Below are positions 1-9,017 of a DNA stretch of 61,710 nt, piece after piece. The position numbers and the translations under genes are program-made. Location: the NCBI GenBank assembly GCA_001468925.1, contig LDIX01000006.1:1-61710 (forward strand), given 5' to 3'. The notes under the pieces are model-generated. The model worked only from the letters and a program-made list of their open reading frames with translations. It did not search any database and had not been told where the DNA came from. Source of the stretch: a candidate division TM6 bacterium UASB340 (GTDB taxonomy: Bacteria; Babelota; Babeliae; Babelales; UASB340). Each line of letters begins with the position of its first letter. The stretch's first letter is position 1.

Positions 1-621
1 TATTTCTATTTTTGATCTGCTAGTTTTAAATGTTGTAGCTAAATATTCTTTTAATGCTGGACTTACGGCTTCTATTTTTTTAATAAAATTATTTTTAATT
101 TGTTGTTTATAGGCCTGTTGTTCTATTTTTAATAATTTTTTATATATATTTTTTCTATATTTTTTAATAATAAAATTTTCTTTTAAATATTGATACGTAT
201 ATCTATATTCTTCCGCACAAAGACCGCGAGCTTGAATTGTAAGAATGGTATTGTGATCTCTATTTTTGTAAATTTTATTTAGGGTTTTTTGTGCAACAAG
301 TCCGGCAAGTGGTCCTCTTGCAATTATATTGCCATGCTGAATTATTTTAAAAAATTTATTTAATTGAAAAACTGCGAAATTTAATGTGAAATTACCGACA
401 AATGGTAAACGCCTACACAAAATAAAGTGTAAGCGATCATGTGCAGGTATAAGTTTTAGTAAAAATTTATTTGTGGGTCTTGTTTTTTCAAAAGATATTA
501 AGTTTATTTCGATATTATTGTCTTCTTGTAGTAAATTAAGTAATGGTTTTAAAACTTGACTTGTAAAAACAGAATTTGAAATTCCATCGTAAAGAATAAA
601 AGTGAGTTTTTTAAAAGCCAT
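1..621 (-). CDS. 5' part of a CDS that runs off the window edge; hypothetical, with a Rossmann-like N-terminus (possibly a GT-B glycosyltransferase)
   Basis: Not in the ORF track because there is no stop inside the window. I checked all 207 reverse-frame codons from the ATG (complement of 619-621) to position 1 and found no stop. Product starts MAFKKLTFILYDGISNSVF... An AAGGA RBS lies about 6 nt upstream. Confidence 0.55.
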   Translation of the reverse strand, partial: MAFKKLTFILYDGISNSVFTSQVLKPLLNLLQEDNNIEINLISFEKTRPTNKFLLKLIPAHDRLHFILCRRLPFVGNFTLNFAVFQLNKFFKIIQHGNIIARGPLAGLVAQKTLNKIYKNRDHNTILTIQARGLCAEEYRYTYQYLKENFIIKKYRKNIYKKLLKIEQQAYKQQIKNNFIKKIEAVSPALKEYLATTFKTSRSKIEI

Positions 622-686
622 TTTAAGTCCTTTTATTTTAGATTATCATTTTATAGAGATATAGTAAAAAAAGAGGTTTAATTTCC

Positions 687-3080
687 ATGAAATTTATAAA
701 ACGATTTGAAGAGTTGTGTATAAACGATATTTCGTTAGTGGGTGGTAAAAATGCTTCATTAGGTGAAATGATTCAACAGCTTACAAAAAAGGGTGTTTTA
801 ATTCCATCAGGATTTGTTATTACTGCAGATGCATATAAATATTATTTAAAGTTTAATAATTTAGATAAAAAAATAAGTTTATTATTAAAAAATATTAATA
901 AAAATAAATTAAAAGAATTTGCCTTTATAGGCAAAAAAATAAGGGATTTAATTTATAATGCCACTTTACCGCAAGATTTGGAAAAAGAAATTTTGCAAAG
1001 TTATAAAGATATGCAAAAAAAATATGGCAAAACATGTTCGGTTGCAGTGCGATCATCTGCTACTGCAGAAGATTTACCAGAAGCTTCTTTTGCAGGGCAG
1101 CAGGATACTTATTTAAATATTTCCGGTGAAAAAGAATTGCTAAATTCTTGTAAAAAATCTTTTGCATCTCTTTTTAATAATAGAGCTATTTCATATAGAA
1201 TTGATCATGGTTTTGATCATATGAGTGTTTATTTATCTATTGGTATACAAAAAATGGTTAGATCCGATATGGCTAGTGCGGGTGTTGCATTTACACTTGA
1301 TACGGAGTCTGGATTTAAAGATGTTATTTTTATAAATTCTTCATATGGTCTTGGTGAAAATGTTGTTCAAGGATCTATTAGTCCTGATGAATTTTATATT
1401 CATAAACCTACTCTTGAAAAAGGTTTTGCACCAATTTTAAAAAAGAGATTAGGTTCTAAAAATAAAAAATTGATTTATTCAGGAAATTTAAATAAACCGG
1501 TAAAAAATATTTTAGTTAAAGAACAAGATAGATTAAAATTTTCACTAAGTGATAGTGAAATTTTAGATATAGCTAAACAGTGTTTAATTATAGAAAAACA
1601 CTACTCTGATTTAAAAAATAAATGGGTTCCCATGGATATTGAGTGGGCAAAAGATGGATTTGATAATAAAATTTATATAGTTCAAGCAAGACCTGAAACT
1701 GTGCATTCTTTAAAACAAGATCAAAATTTTACGCAAGAATATATTCTTGATACAAAAAATAAAAATAAAATTTTAGTGACCGGTAAAAGTGTTGGAAGAA
1801 AAATAGCCACAGGTAAAGTTCGTGTAATTTCAAACGCAAAAAATATGCATCAAGTTTTACCAAATGAAATTTTAGTTACTGACATGACAGATCCTGATTG
1901 GGAGCCAATAATGAAGAAAGCTGCCGGAATTATTACAAATCGAGGCGGTCGAACTTGTCATGCTGCAATTGTAAGTAGAGAAATAGGTATTCCTGCTATT
2001 GTAGGTGCTATTGGATCTACAAATAAATTAAAAACGGGAGATATTGTTACTATGGATTGCAGTAGTGGGGATATTGGATATGTTTATTCAGGAAAAATTA
2101 ATTTTAAAATAGAAAAAATAGAACTCAAAAAAATACCAAAATTAAAAACAGAAATATTTACAAATATTGGTGATCCGGATGAGGCATTTAATTTTTCTAA
2201 ATTACCGGTACAAGGTGTAGGTCTTGCTAGACTTGAGTTTATAATTAATAATACTATAAAAATTCATCCATGCGCACTTGTTGAACCGAAAAAAGTTTTG
2301 TTAAAAAATGATAAAAATTTAATAAATAAATTAACTTTTGGGTATAAAGATAAAAAGCAATATTTTATAGATAAATTGGCTCAAGAAGCCGGAACTATTG
2401 TTGCTGCATTTTATCCAAAATCTGTGATAGTAAGACTTTCAGATTTTAAGAGCAATGAGTATAAACAACTTATTGCAGGTAAATATTTTGAGCCGGTTGA
2501 AGAAAATCCAATGTTTGGATTTAGAGGTGCTTCAAGATATTATAGCGAAAAATATAGATATGCATTTAGGCTTGAATGTTTAGCTATGAAAAAAATTAGA
2601 GAAGATATGGGGCTTGATAATCTAATTATTATGATTCCATTTGTTCGAACTATAAAAGAGGCTGAATTGGTTTTAGCTGAAATGAAAAAGCACGGACTTG
2701 AACGTGGTAAAAATGGCTTACAAATTTATATGATGTGTGAAATCCCATCAAATGTAATATTAATTGAAAAATTCAGTAAATATTTTGATGGTTTTTCTAT
2801 TGGTTCCAACGATTTAACACAAACAACTTTGGCAGTAGATAGAGATTCTGAACTGGTAGCAGATATTTTTGATGAACGTAATGAAGCTGTAAAAAAAATT
2901 ATATCTATGGCTATTTCAGGAGCTAAAAAGAGTGGTGTAAAAATTGGAATATGCGGGCAAGCTCCGTCCGATTATCCTGAAATAACGGAATTTTTGATTA
3001 AAGAAGGCATAGATTCAATTTCTTTAAATCCGGATACGGTGATGAAGGAAATTATTTTGCTCTCTAAAAGTAAGATGTAA
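687..3080 (+). CDS. ppsA: phosphoenolpyruvate synthase (pyruvate, water dikinase)
   Basis: 797 aa. Phosphohistidine swivel motif TNRGGRTCHAAIVSREIGIPAIVG. N-terminal ATP-grasp region (VGGKNASLGEM) and a C-terminal PEP-utilising TIM-barrel region. Confidence 0.93.
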   Translation: MKFIKRFEELCINDISLVGGKNASLGEMIQQLTKKGVLIPSGFVITADAYKYYLKFNNLDKKISLLLKNINKNKLKEFAFIGKKIRDLIYNATLPQDLEKEILQSYKDMQKKYGKTCSVAVRSSATAEDLPEASFAGQQDTYLNISGEKELLNSCKKSFASLFNNRAISYRIDHGFDHMSVYLSIGIQKMVRSDMASAGVAFTLDTESGFKDVIFINSSYGLGENVVQGSISPDEFYIHKPTLEKGFAPILKKRLGSKNKKLIYSGNLNKPVKNILVKEQDRLKFSLSDSEILDIAKQCLIIEKHYSDLKNKWVPMDIEWAKDGFDNKIYIVQARPETVHSLKQDQNFTQEYILDTKNKNKILVTGKSVGRKIATGKVRVISNAKNMHQVLPNEILVTDMTDPDWEPIMKKAAGIITNRGGRTCHAAIVSREIGIPAIVGAIGSTNKLKTGDIVTMDCSSGDIGYVYSGKINFKIEKIELKKIPKLKTEIFTNIGDPDEAFNFSKLPVQGVGLARLEFIINNTIKIHPCALVEPKKVLLKNDKNLINKLTFGYKDKKQYFIDKLAQEAGTIVAAFYPKSVIVRLSDFKSNEYKQLIAGKYFEPVEENPMFGFRGASRYYSEKYRYAFRLECLAMKKIREDMGLDNLIIMIPFVRTIKEAELVLAEMKKHGLERGKNGLQIYMMCEIPSNVILIEKFSKYFDGFSIGSNDLTQTTLAVDRDSELVADIFDERNEAVKKIISMAISGAKKSGVKIGICGQAPSDYPEITEFLIKEGIDSISLNPDTVMKEIILLSKSKM

Positions 3081-3086
3081 TTTTTT

Positions 3087-3524
3087 TTACATCCTTAACA
3101 TTTCAGGATATTGTTTAAGATAATAGCATATGTTGTTTTTGCCCTGCTCATAATCAGCTCTTTCGGATGGACAATTTTGAGAAGAACAGTCGTAAGTTTT
3201 TATATAAATTGTTACCGTTTTTCCGTCCGGAATATTAATATCTTTGCTTAATGCAATATTATCACTTCTTCGGCTTAAGCTTCCTTTTCCTCTGGTTAAG
3301 TTTGAATCTTGAGCGGTAGCTTTTATTGTAAAGTTACTTGGCATATTATTAAATGTGTGGGCATCACCGTTGTTATTTAAAATACATTCGCCTTTTCCCG
3401 TATTTTGCTCAAATATGTCTATATCCCAAGCGGTATTTGTTTCATTTATAACTTTAATTGTTATTTCTGCATTACAATAACTATGAAAGATAGAAAATAA
3501 TATAATTAAATAGATATTCTTCAT
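3087..3524 (-). CDS. small secreted Cys-containing protein, unknown function
   Basis: Likely start is the ATG at 3524 (MKNIYLIILFSIFHSYCNA/E) with a GGGGA RBS upstream. The TTG at 3536 in the track is less likely. Signal-peptide-like N-terminus with several Cys in the C-terminal third. Confidence 0.6.
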   Translation of the reverse strand: MKNIYLIILFSIFHSYCNAEITIKVINETNTAWDIDIFEQNTGKGECILNNNGDAHTFNNMPSNFTIKATAQDSNLTRGKGSLSRRSDNIALSKDINIPDGKTVTIYIKTYDCSSQNCPSERADYEQGKNNICYYLKQYPEMLRM

Positions 3525-3611
3525 AACATCCCCCAAAAATCCCTAAAAACACTAAAATTACACTTAACTAAACATAATTTTAGATTAATTTATGTTTAAA
3601 ATTCAAGCTTT

Positions 3612-3932
3612 TTATTTAATCTCTAACTTATCGCCTATTTTGGATATGGTAAAAATTCTTGCTCCGGTTATTTTACTTTCAAATTTTACTTCTAGGGCAT
3701 CACTTTTTGCTGTAATTGTTAATGTTGCCGGGTTCATAAGTGTAGTTTCAAATCCGTTTAATCCTAAATTTTGAAAATTAAAATCACCAATTGTTCTTGG
3801 AATTCCATCAACTTCAACTTTTATAACAATCGGTGATTGTAAATTTGGATCTTTTTGTACTGTGATTGTGAATGAATAAATTTGGGCTAAACTTAAAAAA
3901 GTAAAAAAAATAGCTAAAAATAGCTTTTTCAT
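3612..3932 (-). CDS. small secreted beta-rich protein, unknown function
   Basis: MKKLFLAIFFTFLSLAQIYS/F signal-like N-terminus. Strong AAGGAGA RBS upstream of the ATG. Shares sequence landmarks with the neighbouring ORF at 3087-3524. Confidence 0.65.
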   Translation of the reverse strand: MKKLFLAIFFTFLSLAQIYSFTITVQKDPNLQSPIVIKVEVDGIPRTIGDFNFQNLGLNGFETTLMNPATLTITAKSDALEVKFESKITGARIFTISKIGDKLEIK

Positions 3933-4025
3933 TAATATTCTCCTTAAATTTTAAATTTTTATTTTTATTTTATATAAATCTAATTTGATATAAGTTAAAT
4001 TATAATAATCAATAGAATCAATATT

Positions 4026-4337
4026 TTGTTTATATATATAGTTTACTTTGGAATTTATATGTTTTTTTTAATAGCTAAATCAGTTTTTGTTGGGATTTTA
4101 TTTGGTGTCTTATACGCTTTTTTATTTTTTAATAAGCTTTATAAATTTATTTTTGGTTCAGTAGGTAAAAATATTATTAAATATAGTATAAATACAGCAT
4201 TAAATTTTATAGTTTTAATCTCTATTTTTGTTTTGCTTTACTTTGTATTTAAAATTAATTTAATAATTACAGTGCTTTCTTTTAATATTTCGTTTTGGGT
4301 TATAATTTTATATGAACTTAAAACTTATAAAAAATAG
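4026..4337 (+). CDS. small polytopic membrane protein, AtpI-like by position
   Basis: About 100 aa and almost entirely hydrophobic (3-4 TM). Sits immediately upstream of atpB, where atpI normally sits. Start is ambiguous (TTG at 4026 or ATG at 4059). Confidence 0.45.
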   Translation: MFIYIVYFGIYMFFLIAKSVFVGILFGVLYAFLFFNKLYKFIFGSVGKNIIKYSINTALNFIVLISIFVLLYFVFKINLIITVLSFNISFWVIILYELKTYKK

Positions 4338-4346
4338 GTTAAATAA

Positions 4347-5183
4347 ATGAATATATCTATTTTTGACGAAAATGTTATAAAACCGTTCGAGTCTTTAGGA
4401 CTTAGTAGTAAATTTTTTCATATTAATATAAGAACATTAATATACACCTGGGTAGCTATGGCAATAATTTTTTTATTAGTTTTTATAGCTAGAATTTTTA
4501 TGAAAAAAAATTTAAACCCGGTATCTTTGATTGTGCAAGAGTTTGTTGGATTTTTTGATAATCTTTGTAAAGAATCATTTGGTTCTGTTTTTAAATATGA
4601 ATATTTTGCATTTACTTCATCAATATTCTTTTTTACTTTATTTGGATGTTTGGTTGGATTATTACCGTTTTTTGATGAAACAACAAAAGATATAAATACT
4701 GCTTTTGCTATTGGCACAATGGGTTTTTTGTATGTTCAGTATCAAAAAATAAAAGTTTTGGGATTAAAACATTTTTTAAAAGAATTTATTGAACCTATTT
4801 TTATCATGTTACCCCTAAATATTATTGGAGAATTGGCTAAAGTTGCCTCCATGTCATTTCGATTATTTGGAAATATTTTGGGTGGATCTATAATTTTTTT
4901 GATAGCCATAAATTCTTTATCAAAATATAAAGCATTTTTTATAATATTTTCTTTGGTAAGTTTGATTTTATATTTTATTTTAAATTATTTTATTGATTTA
5001 AAAAAATATAAAATTGTTAATTTGATATTAAAATCATGTTTAGTCGCAGTATTTTTTTTAGCAGGAGCACAAATATTTTTCGGAATATTTGAAGCCTTTG
5101 TGCAGTCATTTGTTATTACAATGCTTACTATTACCTATCTTGCTGTTGCTATAAACGAAAATGAAAGTGAGGTAAAGGCATGA
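4347..5183 (+). CDS. atpB: F-type ATP synthase subunit a
   Basis: 278 aa polytopic protein. Conserved stator arginine motif SFRLFGNILGG. ATGA overlap with the following c-subunit gene. Confidence 0.88.
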   Translation: MNISIFDENVIKPFESLGLSSKFFHINIRTLIYTWVAMAIIFLLVFIARIFMKKNLNPVSLIVQEFVGFFDNLCKESFGSVFKYEYFAFTSSIFFFTLFGCLVGLLPFFDETTKDINTAFAIGTMGFLYVQYQKIKVLGLKHFLKEFIEPIFIMLPLNIIGELAKVASMSFRLFGNILGGSIIFLIAINSLSKYKAFFIIFSLVSLILYFILNYFIDLKKYKIVNLILKSCLVAVFFLAGAQIFFGIFEAFVQSFVITMLTITYLAVAINENESEVKA

Positions 5184-6142
5184 TCTCTCCTCAAAGTTTA
5201 CATTATATGGCTGTTGGGCTTGCTGTTTTATTAGGTGCAATTGGTGCCGGAATAGGACAAGGGTTTGCTGCATTTGGTTCATTAAGTGCTTTAGAGGTTC
5301 AATCTGAGGGAAGAGACCAAATTTTTAGATCTATGATAGTAGGACTTGCTTTTATAGAAAGCGGTATAATCTTAGCTTTGGTTATTACTCTAATGCTTCT
5401 TTTTGGAAACACAATTAACATTAATTACGGAATAGCTTTTGCCGAACTTGGTGTAGGTTTGATGATGGGTATTTCAGCTTGTGCGATAAGTATATCTTCA
5501 AGTTTTGCTGTAAAATCCAGCGTTAATTCAATTTCAAGACAACCTATTTTTGCCAATAAAATATTGACGTTTATGCTTGTGTCACAATCTTTGATTGAAG
5601 CATCCGTAATATTTTCTTTTGTGATTGGTTTAATTATTGTTGGAAATTTTAGTTTAATTAGTGATTTTTTTGTTGGACTTAAATATTTTAGTACATCAAT
5701 AGTAATGGCTTTAGGTTCAATTGGTACAAGTATAGGACAGGGTGTTTTTTCAAATGCATCTTGTTCTACCGTTGGAATGAATAGAGACGCTTATCCTAAA
5801 CTTTTTCCATTTTCTATTATAAATGGAGCCGTTATTGAAACATCTTTAATATTTTCTTTATTAACTGCATTATTGATTATATATATACCTACTACTCCTG
5901 AAAATTATTTTATAAATTCTGTAGTTTTTTTGACTGCAGCTTTTACCGTAGGCATTGGAAGTATCGGTACTTCAACAAGTACCGGATTGGTTGGATCAAA
6001 AAGTGTTATGCAAATAGTTTATAATCCTGAAAATTATGCAGCTTTATTTAGATCAAATATTTTAGCTCAAGCTTTTATAGAGTCAGCATCAATTTATTGT
6101 TTAATAGTTGCATTGGCTCTTTTAACTTTGTTTGCACGATGA
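5180..6142 (+). CDS. atpE: F-type ATP synthase c subunit, four tandemly fused hairpins
   Basis: 320 aa made of 4 units of about 80 aa. Each unit has a Gly/small-residue helix 1, a polar loop (EGRDQ / SRQP / NRDAYP / YNPEN) and a helix 2 carrying Glu. The Glu residues are E60, E140, E220 and E301 (codons at 5357, 5597, 5837 and 6080). Confidence 0.85.
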   Translation: MISPQSLHYMAVGLAVLLGAIGAGIGQGFAAFGSLSALEVQSEGRDQIFRSMIVGLAFIESGIILALVITLMLLFGNTININYGIAFAELGVGLMMGISACAISISSSFAVKSSVNSISRQPIFANKILTFMLVSQSLIEASVIFSFVIGLIIVGNFSLISDFFVGLKYFSTSIVMALGSIGTSIGQGVFSNASCSTVGMNRDAYPKLFPFSIINGAVIETSLIFSLLTALLIIYIPTTPENYFINSVVFLTAAFTVGIGSIGTSTSTGLVGSKSVMQIVYNPENYAALFRSNILAQAFIESASIYCLIVALALLTLFAR

Positions 6143-6146
6143 ATAT

Positions 6147-7217
6147 TTAAACGCTTTGATCTGAAAAAAGCCCTGTTTCATGAAATGCAAATGATTTTGC
6201 TTTTGCATTTAATAAAGTTTTTAGTAAAGATTCTTTTTTACTTACTATTCCTTGGTCTTGTTCTTCAAGCTCTAAAAAAAATGCAGAACCGTTTGCAATA
6301 TCGTTTTCTATTTCTTCATAAAAGTCTGTAGGAAGAGTTGAACCTACTAATGTTAAAAAGTAGTTAAATCTTATTGTTAATGACCATAACATATCGTCAA
6401 GATCATCCATATGATCAAGAATTTTATGTTCTGCCAGTCTTACAAGGTTATTTGCAATAGAAAGAACCGATCCCCATATATTTTGATAATGTTTACTATC
6501 CCAAATAAGTTTTGAGATTGTAATTTCTATAAAACGAATTAGTAAATTTCTAAAGCGTTCTTTCATATAATATTGTTCTTTATTTGTATCAATTTGGTTT
6601 ATTTCATTTTTGGTAATTTGGCTTATTTCTTTTGCTAATTCCGATATAAATTCATTTGAATTTGCTTGAAAATCATTTAGATGTTCTGAAAATTTAAATA
6701 AAATTGTTTTTTCGATACTTTTTTTAAGATATTTCAAACTTATTTTCTCATTATTTTTTTCTTCAAAATATCTTTCTATAAGTCTTGGCAATGGATTTAG
6801 TATTTGCAATAAAACAGTATCGTCTACAAGTTCGCAAGCTTTTATTTTATTATAAAAAAGTCTTATACAGGTATATAATGGGTTTAACGATAATTTAAGC
6901 TCTTCGCTTAATTCTAAAAATTCATTAAAGTGTATGGCATTTTGTGATAAAAAATTTGGATAAACGTTACTGTTGTAAATTTCTTTTACATATTTACTAA
7001 GAACTTGGTTAAATATTGAAGTTTTAGATTGAATATTATTTTTTGTTTCATCTTGATATGGAGAATAATTTAAATAATATTTTATACTAATTGTGCTATA
7101 TTGAGATGGTATCATTGAGCCCAGATAATTATTTATATCAAAATTATCTGCACAAATATTAGTAAAAAATATGGTTATATAGCTCATAAACAAAACTATC
7201 AAATTTTTTATTTTCAT
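6147..7217 (-). CDS. secreted helical protein, unknown function
   Basis: 356 aa with N-terminal MKIKNLIVLFMSYITIFFTNICA/D signal-like segment. No motif recognised. Confidence 0.65.
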   Translation of the reverse strand: MKIKNLIVLFMSYITIFFTNICADNFDINNYLGSMIPSQYSTISIKYYLNYSPYQDETKNNIQSKTSIFNQVLSKYVKEIYNSNVYPNFLSQNAIHFNEFLELSEELKLSLNPLYTCIRLFYNKIKACELVDDTVLLQILNPLPRLIERYFEEKNNEKISLKYLKKSIEKTILFKFSEHLNDFQANSNEFISELAKEISQITKNEINQIDTNKEQYYMKERFRNLLIRFIEITISKLIWDSKHYQNIWGSVLSIANNLVRLAEHKILDHMDDLDDMLWSLTIRFNYFLTLVGSTLPTDFYEEIENDIANGSAFFLELEEQDQGIVSKKESLLKTLLNAKAKSFAFHETGLFSDQSV

Positions 7218-7265
7218 TTCGAACTCCTTTTTGGTACTCTCTAAGAGTTATTTAATTTTTAGGTT

Positions 7266-7294
7266 TTGAACTTGGGTAAGATTAACATCATAAT
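7266..7294 (+). promoter_or_regulatory. candidate sigma70-type promoter for the gsp operon
   Basis: TTGAAC (7266-7271), a 17-nt spacer, then CATAAT (7289-7294), about 43 nt upstream of the gspF ATG. AT-rich DNA produces many false -10 boxes, so this is tentative. Confidence 0.3.
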
Positions 7295-7336
7295 ATTTTT
7301 TTTTACAAGTAAAAAAATATAAAGTTGGAGTTTTAT

Positions 7337-8554
7337 ATGCCACTGTACAAATATGAGTCCTATAATCGTAGTGGTAAAATTGTTTCCGGAACAATAGATG
7401 TGTCATCTTTGGACATGGCTAAAAAAACCTTACAAGGCCAAGGATTAATGCCTTTTCGGATAGAAGAATTTGGTTCGGATAAAATTGAAGCTTTTGCAAT
7501 TTCTTTTTTTGAGCCACAAATTGATATAAAAACAAAAATAATTTTCACCAAACAACTTGCCGTTTTATTAAAGGCCGGTGTTCCATTGTTACAAGCATTG
7601 GAACTTTTAATAGAGCAATTTGAAAAAAAATTTAAGCGCATTTTAATTAATGTAAAAGATGGTGTAAAATCTGGAAATTCATTTGCAAGTGAACTTGGAA
7701 AATATCCAAAAGTATTTTCAAATATTTATGTGCAACTTGTAAGAGCCGGCGAAGCCAGTGGTAAATTACATCTTATTTTAGAAAAACTGATTGATTATAT
7801 GGCTCGTGAAGAAGATACTAAACAAAGAGTTAAAAAGGCTACGAATTATCCGATGTTTGTTTTAGGATTTTCTGCTTTAGTTGTTATTGTTCTAATAAAA
7901 GTTTTAGTTCCAAGAATAACCGATATTTTTGTAAAAATGAGTAAAACCGAATTGCCCGGGCCTACTTTGTTTTTGAAAAATGTTTCAGATTTTTTAAATA
8001 ATAATTTTTTCTCTATATCTATAATATTTACTGTTATATTTTTATTATTTTTATATTGGAAATCAACCCAAAATGGAAAAAAATCTCTTGATGAATTGTT
8101 TTTAAAAATTCCTATGATTTCTTATTTTTCAAAAACCAAAGCTGTTGTTCAGTTTTGTCAGACATTGGGAATACTTTTAAGTGCCGGAGTTAATTTGGCG
8201 GAAAGTTTGGATATAGTTTCCAATATTGTCGAAAATTCCGTTTTGCACGATAAGTTGGAAATAGCTAAGGGCAATATTATAAAAGAAGGTAAAATAGCCA
8301 AATATCTAAAACAAACTGAAATTTTTCCCAATATAGCTACTTATATGATTGAAACCGGTGAGCAGTCCGGAAATTTGGATAACATGCTTTTGACAGTTGG
8401 AGTTGATTATGATGAAGAATTAAAAAATATCATAGATGGGTTGGTTGCAAAAATTGGGCCTATTACTACAATAATTACCGGATTGATAATAGGTTTTATA
8501 GTTATATCGGTATTTTTACCTATAGCAAGTATGGGTGATTTATCAGGAGTATAG
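7337..8554 (+). CDS. gspF: type II secretion / type IV pilus inner-membrane platform protein GspF
   Basis: About 405 aa with duplicated T2SS-F domains and three hydrophobic segments. Start reassigned to the ATG at 7337, with a GGAG RBS at 7327-7330. First gene of an F-G-H-I-J-K order. Confidence 0.88.
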   Translation: MPLYKYESYNRSGKIVSGTIDVSSLDMAKKTLQGQGLMPFRIEEFGSDKIEAFAISFFEPQIDIKTKIIFTKQLAVLLKAGVPLLQALELLIEQFEKKFKRILINVKDGVKSGNSFASELGKYPKVFSNIYVQLVRAGEASGKLHLILEKLIDYMAREEDTKQRVKKATNYPMFVLGFSALVVIVLIKVLVPRITDIFVKMSKTELPGPTLFLKNVSDFLNNNFFSISIIFTVIFLLFLYWKSTQNGKKSLDELFLKIPMISYFSKTKAVVQFCQTLGILLSAGVNLAESLDIVSNIVENSVLHDKLEIAKGNIIKEGKIAKYLKQTEIFPNIATYMIETGEQSGNLDNMLLTVGVDYDEELKNIIDGLVAKIGPITTIITGLIIGFIVISVFLPIASMGDLSGV

Positions 8555-8578
8555 TTTTTTAAATATATAGGAGTTTTT

Positions 8579-9007
8579 ATGAAAAACAGTAAAGCATTTA
8601 CGCTTATAGAAATTATGGTTGTCTTGGTGATTATTGGTTTTATTGTATCTTTAATTGGACCAAGAATATATAAAAAATTTGCACAAAGTGAAAGATATAA
8701 AACTGAGATTATATTAGGTAAACTTAAGGGCGCTATTTTAGAATATAAAATGGATATGGGGCATTATCCTAAAAAACAGGAGGGTGGTCTTAGAGCTTTA
8801 GTTGATAGGCCAAATGTTCCAAATAATGAAAAATGGAATGGACCATATGTTGACAGTGATTCTGATTTACAAGATGCATGGGCACAAGATTTTGAATACA
8901 ATAGTCCTGCGGAAAAATATAAAAATAAATTTAAAATATTTGAAATAATTTCTATTGGTGGTGAAATGGAAACAGATCCGGCAAAAGAGATTGTTGTTGG
9001 AGCTTAA
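8579..9007 (+). CDS. gspG: T2SS major pseudopilin GspG
   Basis: MKNSKA/FTLIEIMVVLVIIG class III signal. GspG-type globular domain (YPKKQEGGLRALV...WNGPY...FEYNSP...). Confidence 0.88.
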   Translation: MKNSKAFTLIEIMVVLVIIGFIVSLIGPRIYKKFAQSERYKTEIILGKLKGAILEYKMDMGHYPKKQEGGLRALVDRPNVPNNEKWNGPYVDSDSDLQDAWAQDFEYNSPAEKYKNKFKIFEIISIGGEMETDPAKEIVVGA

Positions 9008-9017
9008 TAAAAAATCA

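Noticed and set aside
4026-6142. The possibility that the atpI-a-c cluster is part of an N-ATPase (atpDCQRBEFAG) operon.
   Set aside because: No beta or epsilon genes lie upstream and no b, alpha or gamma genes lie downstream. The flanking genes are unrelated and on the opposite strand. The N-ATPase gene order is therefore not met. I could not assess c-subunit family membership without profiles.
8955-9017. The N-terminal 21-codon extension of the gspH ORF in the track (MVVKWKQIRQKRLLLELNKKS), overlapping the gspG 3' end.
   Set aside because: It is an in-frame read-through upstream of the real start. The class III signal MNQKAFTLIEIM must sit at the N-terminus to be processed, so the ATG at 9018 is the start. 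I made similar trims at 7325->7337, 3536->3524, 29386->29437, 37760->37793, 48212->48248 and 15006->15018.
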